Shown in pieces: positions 1-9,000 of a DNA stretch of 64,000 bases. Origin of the DNA: an uncultured archaeon (GTDB lineage: Archaea > Iainarchaeota > Iainarchaeia > Iainarchaeales > GCA-2688035); contig CAZXIC010000001.1 of the NCBI GenBank assembly GCA_964640195.1, forward strand, positions 83,363 to 147,362. Direction: 5' to 3'. The notes beneath the pieces are model-generated. The model searched no databases. It was not told the origin of the DNA and was given only the letters and a program-made list of their open reading frames with translations. Within the stretch, counting starts at the first letter, position 1. Every line of letters starts with the position of its first letter. A program made the translations under genes and the position numbers.

Positions 1-163
1 CAAGCTTGAACAGCAGCATTGCAAGGAACGCAGGATTCTTGCTGTGCTTCGCTACCTCCTGGATTTCGAGGCTCAGCTCATTGCATTTGGGGCTGATTTT
101 CTTGACCAGCTCTTCGTTGCCCAGAATGTCTGCCAGTTCCTTGATTGAATCATGACTCCCCAT
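1..163 (-). CDS. Hypothetical protein, 5' part (runs off window edge)
   Basis: Manual translation from ATG at 163: MGSHDSIKELADILGNEELVKKISPKCNELSLEIQEVAKHSKNPAFLAMLLFKL..., open to base 1; TATA-like AT tract near 189-196. Confidence 0.75.
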   Translation of the reverse strand, partial: MGSHDSIKELADILGNEELVKKISPKCNELSLEIQEVAKHSKNPAFLAMLLFKL

Positions 164-169
164 GTTGTA

Positions 170-186
170 TCATGATAGTGTCATGA
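170..186. promoter_or_regulatory. Palindromic operator-like site TCATGA-N5-TCATGA
   Basis: Lies between the TATA-like tract and the ATG of the 1..163 gene. Confidence 0.45.
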
Positions 187-216
187 CCTTTATATAGCTT
201 TCGTTTCTCGGAACTT

Positions 217-651
217 TGCACAAAAAGGGGTCAAAAGTTTGGGTTTCGAACCCCCTTTTTGTGCAGAAGGGCTTCCTGCACATTTAAGGTGCATTTATTG
301 TGCCTTTTTCTGCCTTTTTCCGTAAACGCTTTTTGCGGCAGCAAAAAGGGTTTCTGCACATTTAGGGGTTTCTCTTAAATTCGTAGACTTCAGCTTTCCC
401 TTTGATGGGGATGCCGTCCTCACCCGGGGTGCTTACGTGCAGCTCAATAGCCTCTTTAACATTCTTCAGTGCTTCCTGCCTTGTCTTGCCCTGGCTGATG
501 CAGCCAGGCAAAGCTGGCACGGTAACAGTGAAAAAACCATCTTCATCTTTTTCAATAATGACTTTCCAGTCCAAATCAGATTCACTGATAATACTATTGT
601 CTGCCAAGATATAAAAAGACTACCCTGAAACTAAGCAACCCCTTTTTGTGC
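217..651. repeat. Dispersed GCACAAAAAGGGG repeats (inverted pair plus third copy)
   Basis: TGCACAAAAAGGGG at 217-230, its reverse complement at 252-265, and a 13-bp copy at 639-651; CTGCACATTTA at 276-286 and 354-364. Confidence 0.8.
362..607 (-). CDS. hicB: HicB-family antitoxin (no adjacent HicA; true start probably slightly downstream)
   Basis: VIIEKDEDGFFTVTVPALPGCISQGKTRQEALKNVKEAIELH is the HicB signature. Confidence 0.85.
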   Translation of the reverse strand: MADNSIISESDLDWKVIIEKDEDGFFTVTVPALPGCISQGKTRQEALKNVKEAIELHVSTPGEDGIPIKGKAEVYEFKRNP

Positions 652-666
652 GTTTCCAGGTTTTTA

Positions 667-1359
667 TTACCGCAGTTTTTCGAGCACTTCCTCCAAGTGT
701 GTCACGTCAACTATGATGTGCTTCACTCCCAGTTCTTCTGCCTCTTTCCTGCTGAGGTGGCCTGTCAAGACAACGATTGGAGTTACTCCAGCGTTTCTTG
801 CCATCTGCACATCTGTTTTCGCGTCTCCCACAAATACTGTTTCACTGGGCTTTGCCTTCTGTTTTTTCATTATCTGTTCAAGCATGAACGGGTGCGGTTT
901 CTGCTTTCCAGCATCTTTGATGTCGTAAGCCGAGGTTATTTGCGAAAAAACGTTTGGAACATTGAATTTCGGCATTATTTTTTCTTTCAGAAGTATTGGG
1001 TGCACTCCGGTGGCAATGCAGAGGGCATACTTCTTCTTCAATCTTTCCAATAATTCAATGCTCCCGTCAACAAGTTTAAGCGCATTGAGGAAAGTGTCAC
1101 CGAACCACTTTCCCTTGAATATTTCACACGCCTTGTCCAACAAAGCAGGGTTTTCCTTTAACAGTTCCCCAAGTTCCTCGCGGTAGGGCTGGCTCCACTT
1201 TGCCAATATCCTTTTTTTCTCCTCCTCTGGGCTCAGATGCACCCCCAATTCTGCCAGTGTTTCATGGTAGCATGCAAAATAGCCTTTTTTAGCATCAAGC
1301 GTAAAAACATCGTCCCAGTCAAAGACAATTAGCTTTATCATAATTATCTGCCGTGACAA
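667..1359 (-). CDS. HAD-superfamily hydrolase (phosphoglycolate phosphatase-like)
   Basis: FDWDDVF motif I, KPHP, VGDAKTD motif IV. Confidence 0.9.
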   Translation of the reverse strand: MSRQIIMIKLIVFDWDDVFTLDAKKGYFACYHETLAELGVHLSPEEEKKRILAKWSQPYREELGELLKENPALLDKACEIFKGKWFGDTFLNALKLVDGSIELLERLKKKYALCIATGVHPILLKEKIMPKFNVPNVFSQITSAYDIKDAGKQKPHPFMLEQIMKKQKAKPSETVFVGDAKTDVQMARNAGVTPIVVLTGHLSRKEAEELGVKHIIVDVTHLEEVLEKLR

Positions 1360-1379
1360 AACGCTCTGTTGAGGAAAAA

Positions 1380-1727
1380 CTAGGCAACCGCTTTAGCCTT
1401 TTCTTTTCCAGCGCCTACCTTCTCCATTGATTGCTTCATAAGCCTATTGTCCAATTCTAGTAATTTCTTTACTACTGGGCTATTGGTGTTCAATTTGTAC
1501 AGGCTTGCCTTTCCAACTTTTCTTGTATACACCACCAGCTTTGTCTCTTCCAGCTTGTTCCAGAAGGTGAGCAGTGTGTTCCATGAAACCCCGGCATTCC
1601 TGCAGATGTCTTTTTTGCTGTAGTCGAATACGTCGTTCTCTATCAAAAAGTCCAGCGCCCTGATTATTGGGTAGTCTCCGAAAAATTCTACAAACAGCGA
1701 TTTGCCTTCAGCCATGAAATTACCCAA
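1380..1727 (-). CDS. Small winged-helix (ArsR-like) DNA-binding protein
   Basis: FFGDYPIIRALDFLIEN...YSKKDICRNAGVSWNTL...TRKVGKASLYKLN; paralog at 27846..28172. Confidence 0.8.
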   Translation of the reverse strand: MGNFMAEGKSLFVEFFGDYPIIRALDFLIENDVFDYSKKDICRNAGVSWNTLLTFWNKLEETKLVVYTRKVGKASLYKLNTNSPVVKKLLELDNRLMKQSMEKVGAGKEKAKAVA

Positions 1728-1797
1728 ATTTTTATATAATTCTTGTACATAATTATGTCGCAGATTAAGTTTAAATATTTTACTCTTAATATTTCAA

Positions 1798-2067
1798 TTG
1801 ATGAAACTTTCTTCTTTTGAGATTAGGCGGCGAATTCTCCGTAAAATGGTTAGACACAGCTGGTGGACGGGAAAACACACCGCTTTTGACAACATTCCAA
1901 AGGGCTTCCCAAAAGAGATGTGGAAAGACGTGAAGAAAGAACTTAAACAGCTTATCAGGGAAGGCCTTGTTATAGCAAAGCCGACGCATTATGGTTCGCA
2001 TGTTTCATTGAATGTAAGTATGAAGGCAGAAATTGAGCGTATTGTTTTTGAAAATAGTGCAGATTAA
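1798..2067 (+). CDS. Small conserved hypothetical protein (W-x-x-x-HT-x-x-DN...KPT-x-x-G-x-HVSLN type)
   Basis: Divergent from the wHTH gene; clear paralog at 28225-28493. Confidence 0.75.
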   Translation: MMKLSSFEIRRRILRKMVRHSWWTGKHTAFDNIPKGFPKEMWKDVKKELKQLIREGLVIAKPTHYGSHVSLNVSMKAEIERIVFENSAD

Positions 2068-2122
2068 GAAAAAATAGGAAAAAAGAAAGGCTAAAATTAA
2101 AGGAACGCCTTTCCAGCTTGCT

Positions 2123-2395
2123 TTACTTTTTCAGGCTTATCTCTATTGCGGAAACCTTCAGTGGGTTTCCTTCCTCTGTGCTTATTTCCTCTGTCGCAAT
2201 CTTGATGTCGTTTATTTTTGTGTCTGTCACGAACTTGTTTCGCACTATCTCTGCAACGTCAACTGCCCTGCTGATTGCCCTGCCCCTTGCCTTTATCAGG
2301 ACCTCGTTTGCGCCCTGGTTCATCTGGGTTACAACAGCAAGGACATAGCTCATCGTTCCCTTCTTTCCAACGAAAACAACGTTATCTTCTGCCAT
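2123..2395 (-). CDS. albA: DNA/RNA-binding protein Alba
   Basis: [15 protein letters not shown]...[16 protein letters not shown]...VSAIEI; GGAGGTG RBS before ATG 2395. Confidence 0.97.
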   Translation of the reverse strand: MAEDNVVFVGKKGTMSYVLAVVTQMNQGANEVLIKARGRAISRAVDVAEIVRNKFVTDTKINDIKIATEEISTEEGNPLKVSAIEISLKK

Positions 2396-2492
2396 TAAAT
2401 TGCACCTCCGTCCAGAAGCCATTGTTTATGCTGTTTTACTGCTTGGCATTGCCAAAAATGCCTTAATAAATACCCTATGGCAAACTATTTAA

Positions 2493-3986
2493 TTAGTTAT
2501 GGTTTTTCCTTGCCTGCTTCTTTGCAACCGCCTTTCTTTCAGCCTGCCTTTTTTTAAGCACTGCCTTTTTCGCTGTTTTTCCCTTGCTTTTAGCCCGTTT
2601 TTTGACTTTTGCCTTTTTAAGCGCCAATTTCCTGCCTTCGCTGTATGCGATTACAGCGGGCAATGCAATGCTGTCAGCCTCCTGCTGTGAAATCAGTTTT
2701 GGCGCCCTGTAAACAATGCTTGCAGACTGCATTGCGCCAATCCTTGCCAGGCTCAATTTCAGAACCGAATCTTCCTGTATTGTCTGCATTTCTGTGTCTG
2801 CCGAAACCTCGCTGATATTCTCCTTGAGGAAATCTGGAAGCCGGGCAATAACAGAAACGTCTTTCCAGTGCCTGTTGCTGTTGTTTGGCACCGTAACCGT
2901 CACTATCGTCTCAAAACTCATCTTTTCGCCTTTCTCAGTAAAAACGCAGCTCTTAACTGTCTGAATCACTCCTACCCTGGTTGCAACCTCAAATGCCTCT
3001 CCTTTCTTTTCCTCTGGAATCCCTGCCGCTAGCAGCAGGCTGTTCAAGGTATCGCTGTCAGGCGTTCCAGAGACCTCTGATTCAACCAAGCATACTGTAT
3101 GCTTTGGCGGCGCTGCCGCCTCTTCCTCTGCTGTAACTGGCTGGACAGCAGCTGCTGTTACGCCCCTGCCTTTCTCATAGTGCTTTCTCGCAAACCAGAA
3201 ATGGCGTATTGCAAGGGCTGTTGCGGCAACCAATACCAGTGCAAGCAACCCAACCAAAATTATTGTAAGAAGTGGTACAGGTACTGCCCTTACGCTGAAC
3301 TCCCTTGCAACCCTCGCTGTTTCAGCGCCGTGGGTTGCTTTCACAACCAGGGTGTAGCTGCCGGGCGGCAGCACTGGACCGTATCTCTTGAAGGACTTGC
3401 TCCCCACAAGCGGGATGTTCTGGCTGCTGTTCCACAAGACATTGTTGTCCTTTACAATGCTTTCTTCCACGTGGATTGCCGCTTCCTCTGGCTGGTTTGA
3501 TTCAAGCACGTAAGAAAATACTATTTGCTCTTCCTCGCTGCTTGCCTCAATGTCCAGCGTGCTGAACTGCGGCATTGTCGGAATGCCAACCGAAATCTCT
3601 ATTATCCTGCTTGCCCGGACAATTGTGTCGTTGCATTCCATTTCAAGGTAGAAGGTCCTTATGCCCTGCAAGCTGCTTGGTATTATCAGCGAAATGTCCT
3701 CGCTCTTTGTCCCGCCTGTATCAAGATAAATCGTGTCATCTCCCTGCAGAACCCTTTCGCCGTCTCTGTCAAACCAGTACTGCACTTGGGCAGAGCAGGC
3801 TGGCCCAGCCCTGTTTCCTGCAAGAAAAGAGAAGTCAAGCCTTTCGCCTGCTTCTACCGGGGTTGTGATGTCCGTAATCCGCAGCTCTGCAATGTTCCTG
3901 GCAGCAAACGCTGCCGGCATCATGGATATGAGCAGTGCTGAAAGCAAAAGCAAGGCAGCTTGCCTGTTCATTCCAAAAAACCCCAA
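2493..3986 (-). CDS. Signal-peptide, Ig-like ectodomain, single-TM surface protein with cytoplasmic beta domain and Lys-rich tail
   Basis: N-terminal hydrophobic signal, TM near aa 240-262; Ig tandem paralogous to that in 4052..5992 (PVEAGE-x-x-DF). Confidence 0.75.
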   Translation of the reverse strand: MGFFGMNRQAALLLLSALLISMMPAAFAARNIAELRITDITTPVEAGERLDFSFLAGNRAGPACSAQVQYWFDRDGERVLQGDDTIYLDTGGTKSEDISLIIPSSLQGIRTFYLEMECNDTIVRASRIIEISVGIPTMPQFSTLDIEASSEEEQIVFSYVLESNQPEEAAIHVEESIVKDNNVLWNSSQNIPLVGSKSFKRYGPVLPPGSYTLVVKATHGAETARVAREFSVRAVPVPLLTIILVGLLALVLVAATALAIRHFWFARKHYEKGRGVTAAAVQPVTAEEEAAAPPKHTVCLVESEVSGTPDSDTLNSLLLAAGIPEEKKGEAFEVATRVGVIQTVKSCVFTEKGEKMSFETIVTVTVPNNSNRHWKDVSVIARLPDFLKENISEVSADTEMQTIQEDSVLKLSLARIGAMQSASIVYRAPKLISQQEADSIALPAVIAYSEGRKLALKKAKVKKRAKSKGKTAKKAVLKKRQAERKAVAKKQARKNHN

Positions 3987-4051
3987 CTGTGCAGTAATAT
4001 ACTGGTTATTTTATATAAAATAGTTTTGCTTAAGCCTCCTGCAATCTCTCC

Positions 4052-5992
4052 TTACCCTTTCCTAACCCCTTTGTAAAAATAAGAAAGCAGGCCCAGAACA
4101 GCGCCCAGCACGGCAGTTAAGCCTGTTAAAGCTGCGAAAAAACTGGCTCCTGCAAGGGAGGGCAATCCTATCGGCATTTGCTCCAGAGTCTCTTTATAAA
4201 ACTCGGCTTTAGCTGTTTCGCCCAGCTTTGCAGCAACTATTGCGTTTCTATTGATGTAAAGAAGCACCATGTACACAATGATTAGCGCTATTGCGATTAA
4301 CGTAATCCAGGCGATTTTTTCTTTCCTGTCCATTCCCCTCTTTCTGCTCCTAAGCCTCAGCAGCCTGTACAATATGAGCAAAGCTGTTATAAGGAGCAAA
4401 AGCACCAAGAGGGGAATAATTGAAAAGAAAGGCAAAACCACTTCTATCGGCTGGGCCGGCAGCACTATTGGCGGGGCAAATGCTGCTATTGGCTTTCTCT
4501 CAAAATCGTTTAGGACTTTTTCCGTTTGCCCTTTGAAAGCGGCACTGACTTCAAGAGTATACTTCCCTGGCAGCAAGCCGTATACCTCTTCAAAGAACTG
4601 GTTGGACCTTGTAACAGCAACTGTTTGCTTCTTTTCCCAGACGATTCTTCCCTCTGCATAAATTTTTTCCTCAACCTCTACTGCCAGTGTCTCGTCCCTG
4701 TTAGAGCCGAGGTCTATGGCGAAGCTCAGGGGCAGTGTTTCCTCCCCGGGCACAAGTGAAGAGACAGCCAGCTCGATTCTTGTCGGGGCACCGACCATTA
4801 CAGCAACAGCCCTGCGCCTTGTAACCGTTGCCTGGCCGCTCTTTGTCAGAGTGAGATAGAAGTCGTAAGAGCCAGTCATTTCAGCCAAGGATAACAGGCT
4901 CTCGTTAACCTCTTTTTGCTGCCCTGACAGGAGATAAAGCGTTTCGCTGCCGCTTACGCTTCTTTCACCGTTTTTTTCCAGCCAGTATTCTATGTAGGCG
5001 TTGTCGTTAATGTTTGTGTTGTTGCTCACAAGGAAAGTGAAATCAACCTGTTCGCCTGCTTCCACTGGGTCATCGATTCTCACGATTTCAATGTCAAATT
5101 TGCCCTCTACTGGCAGAGCGGACGAAGGCGGGGACTCGGTTAGGCTCGGGCTTGGCTGGGGTGCAGGCGCTGGGGCAGGGGCAGTAACGCTGTATGTTGC
5201 CCGTGAAATCAGGCTGTTGTTGTCAGCGAAGTCCTTTGCCTTAACATCATATGTGTGGTCTGCTGAGGCATGCCCTGAAAACACGTAAGAGGTGTTCAGG
5301 TCAACATTTATCCAGCTTCCGCTGTCAGCCCGCACATAATAGGTTTCTATGCCGGTAAAGGCATCGCTGCCTGCAAAAGAAAAAACCACGTCGCTGCCAT
5401 CAGCTGAAGCCGCTGCGCTTAAAATTACGGGAGCTGTTGCATCATAATGGACAATCCTCTCTACCTGCTCAGCGTAGTCCTCTGCCTTGTTCGCTGCCCT
5501 GAAGCTGACGTTATTGTCAGCATCCTGGGCCAAGCCTGTTTCAGTGTAGGAACAGTGGAATTCCCCGGCAAATTCAGTGCAATGCATGCTGTAATCGAAG
5601 TCGCTGCTTTGTACGCCGTTCAAGTCAACAACAATGCTTTCGCTGTTTACGTCGCTTTCAGCCGTGCAGACAAAGCACTGCTTGTTTACGTCAAATGTTA
5701 TGGTTGGGCTGCTGTTGATGTTGGCATCTGCCACTGGGGCATGCACGGTTATTATGACGCTGTACGTGCTTCTCAGGGTGTAAATCCAGCCAATTTGTGT
5801 TGTGTAGTTTGTTGAATTCGTGTCGCCAATGCTTGCCTGCTCTGCCGCAACAATTGTTCCGTAGCTGAGGCTGCTTGCGCTTGTGCCGGCAGCAATGCCC
5901 AGCTTGTTCTGGTCAACATTGTAAGCTCCTGATGCCGCTGGAACCAGCAGCAGCAGAAAAACAATTGCCCTCAGCAGCATGCCACCACGCAT
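4052..5992 (-). CDS. Membrane-anchored multi-Ig-like surface protein
   Basis: Signal peptide, DATAP/D-x-x-TGI Ig-like repeat, Pro-rich linker, three C-terminal TM segments. Confidence 0.8.
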   Translation of the reverse strand: MRGGMLLRAIVFLLLLVPAASGAYNVDQNKLGIAAGTSASSLSYGTIVAAEQASIGDTNSTNYTTQIGWIYTLRSTYSVIITVHAPVADANINSSPTITFDVNKQCFVCTAESDVNSESIVVDLNGVQSSDFDYSMHCTEFAGEFHCSYTETGLAQDADNNVSFRAANKAEDYAEQVERIVHYDATAPVILSAAASADGSDVVFSFAGSDAFTGIETYYVRADSGSWINVDLNTSYVFSGHASADHTYDVKAKDFADNNSLISRATYSVTAPAPAPAPQPSPSLTESPPSSALPVEGKFDIEIVRIDDPVEAGEQVDFTFLVSNNTNINDNAYIEYWLEKNGERSVSGSETLYLLSGQQKEVNESLLSLAEMTGSYDFYLTLTKSGQATVTRRRAVAVMVGAPTRIELAVSSLVPGEETLPLSFAIDLGSNRDETLAVEVEEKIYAEGRIVWEKKQTVAVTRSNQFFEEVYGLLPGKYTLEVSAAFKGQTEKVLNDFERKPIAAFAPPIVLPAQPIEVVLPFFSIIPLLVLLLLITALLILYRLLRLRSRKRGMDRKEKIAWITLIAIALIIVYMVLLYINRNAIVAAKLGETAKAEFYKETLEQMPIGLPSLAGASFFAALTGLTAVLGAVLGLLSYFYKGVRKG

Positions 5993-6023
5993 ATTTTTTC
6001 ACCTTATTATTTTGTTTCTGCAA

Positions 6024-9000
6024 TCACCTGTTTTCATCGCCTCCGCCTTGCCCGGCAACCATTGGAAGGTGCAGGCAATAGCTCTTGCACTCGCCGTCGT
6101 TGTTGCAGATGTCAATTGTGAGTGTGTTTGAATCATCGCAGTCTGCATCGTTTGCGCAGGCAATGTCACAGGGCTGCACTGCAATGTCTTGGTCAGGCTG
6201 GTTCAGGTCGGCTGCGTTTGCATCAGGCTGCCAAAAATCAGTTACATCCACGTCCCCCTGCCCTATATCCAGATCTTGTCCTGCTGCATCGCTTTCCTGC
6301 TGCCCCGCGCTGTCCTGCTCTTCGGGAATCGGCGGCAGAGGCAGTTCCTCATCTTCCACTGTCTGCTGCAAAGTATGCAGTGCTTCTTCAGCTTGCGCCG
6401 CTTCCTTTCTCTGCTTCCACAGCCTGTCCTTTTCATCCAACTGCTGAATCTTTGCATCGCATTCTGGTCTTGGCTTGCACACGAAGTCGTAGTTCCCTGT
6501 TGCAGAATCAAATTCTGGCAGGCAGCCAACGTATGTTCCGTTGTCAGCCATCATGCAGATTGGCTCAGGCTTGTCTGTCTTGAAGAAAATCGGGCTTTTC
6601 GGGGTAAGGGCATCGGAATAAATCGTGCCTGCGTTGATGTCCCCAGCTGAAAGGTTGTTGTTCAGGTTGCTCCCAACTGTGATTGCGCCAGCAGCATTCA
6701 GGTCTGCATTTACAGCAAGGGACTGGTTTGCCACTGCATCAGCCATTACGCCGTAAAGTATCGCATTTGTTGCCTCTTCTGCTGTATCATCTCTGTCTTG
6801 ATTGTCTATAATCAAAAGGTTGCTGGCGGTGGTTTGGTTATAGCCTGCCTCTCCGCCTAAGAAAATGTTGGATGAGCCAGAAGTAAGTTTGTTTCCTGCT
6901 TTATAGCCAAACGCACTGTTGGAAGCACCTGTGGTTATAACTTGACCTGCCAGGCTGCCAACAAAGGTATCATAAGCATGGCTATTGCCTGACGCACCAA
7001 ACCCAGCATAATATCCAACCTGAACATTATGGGAACTGGTTGAGTTATAGTATCCCGCGTATCTGCCGATGCCGATATTGCCAGTGCCAGACGTGTTTTG
7101 ACGTAAAGCATAGGCTCCTATTCCGACATTGTCCTGCCCAGAAGTATTAGAGGTTAAAGCATCAGGCCCAATTGCCACAATCAGTGCCCCGGTTGTCAGG
7201 GCATCCCCTGCATATTGCCCGATTAAGACATTAGAAGCCGATTGGGCAGTTCCAGCTGCAATCGTTGCCCCTGCATTATAGCCAAGAATGGTATTCTTGT
7301 TGGTCAGCAATGCTGCCTGGGTATCATTTACCGTAATATATTTGCATGTAGAATCGTCCTGCCAATAGTAATTCGTTCCAGTCATGGAAGCATCGGCGAT
7401 GTTATCTGTGTAAGTGGTTTCAGTATTATTTGCTACTGTGTCCACTAATTTAACATTAGCCCAATAAGATGAATCTGCCGTTGTTCTGTAAATCTTTCTG
7501 CCCTCCACCCTATAATCGGAAGATGTGGGAAGAGTGATTTCAACTTTTCCGTGTTCAGCGTCAGTGGTAACATTGGTTGGCGTAGATGAACGTAGTGCTG
7601 TTTCTCCCAAAGCCGTATAATAGGTTACGAAATAATAGTGCTTTCCTGCATCAACGTTGCCTGCTTCTTCCACTAAAGCGATAGCAGGGGAAGAAGGATA
7701 AATAACGGGATTCAGGTCAAACCCAGTGTCAAACCTGCTTGCGCCAGAAACGAATAGGCTTGTTATGTTTGTGTCCTCAGCCATTAGGTAATCAATGTTC
7801 CCGTCTGCCGAGCAGGTGAGGTTGCCAACGTAGGCGTCGTCTGCCTCAAGGTTGGCGAAGTTGCTGTCGCCAATTGCATCCAAGCCAGAAAAGCCGCCTG
7901 TCATGCCGATGTTTGCGAAATTGCTGTCTCCAGTTGCTTGAATTCCGCCGTCTGCAAACGAAACGCCTGAAACCTGGATGCTTCCTGCATTGAAATCGCC
8001 TGTTACTGTTAGGTTAGTTAAATAGGCGTCGTCTGCTTGCAAATTGGAGAAGTTAGAATCTGCCGAACAGTAGAGATTTATAGCATTCACATCATCTGCT
8101 ATTACTGTATCAGCAACATCCAAATTTCCGCCTACTTTCTTCAATGAGAAATTGAACAAACGGAATACAGCGTCTGTTACTGGAACAATGATTAGGTCTG
8201 CTGTGCTTACCGCCCTGAAGGTTGCGCTAAAAGTTCCATCTTCAGTTGTTGAGCCAAGGCTTACGCCACCGCAGGAGACAGACATTCCAACACTCTCATA
8301 ACCATAATCCGTACCTGCTACAACGCTGAAAGTGTATCTTTCCCCTGCAACAATTGGCGTAACCATGCTTGCAGAGGCTTGGGACAAGGTAGCTGTGCCA
8401 CTTGAATGGTAGAAAGTGCCAATCCCAATATCCCCAAAGCTCCACCCTGTACCTAAAGTCCAATCGTCTGCTGAATCAGGGTTTGGGTTGGTTATTTTTT
8501 GCGCCCCTAAAGAAGTGGGATTGTAAACGCTGACAGTGTTGGCATCAATTGGCTGAATGCTGGCAGCCTTTATTGTTGGGGAAAAAACTGTGTTTGTAGT
8601 GGAAATGTTGGCGTCCCCAAAATCAGCATCAAAGCCTGTTTTGTTGCTCGCTACGGTTAAATCCCCATCTGATTCGGCTTTGAATGTGGCATAATTTGAG
8701 GCATCGTAGCTTAATTTCAACTGGGTATCGGGCTTGAATACTTCCAGCATAGCAGACGGGTCTTCAACTCCAATGCCCACGTTGTTGTCAGGAAGCATAT
8801 GAAACCCAACCATCGTGCCGCCTATTTCGTTATAGCCAGCTATTTCCAAATGAAAGGGGTATTTCCCTGCTGCTTCAACGAAATCACCGCCAACTTGACC
8901 TGCAATCCATCCCACCTCCTTGAAATCCCCGTTCCAACCCCACCAGCTTATTTTGCCTAAATAATCCCCCACAATAACATCCTCTGGTGAAGCAAGAGTT

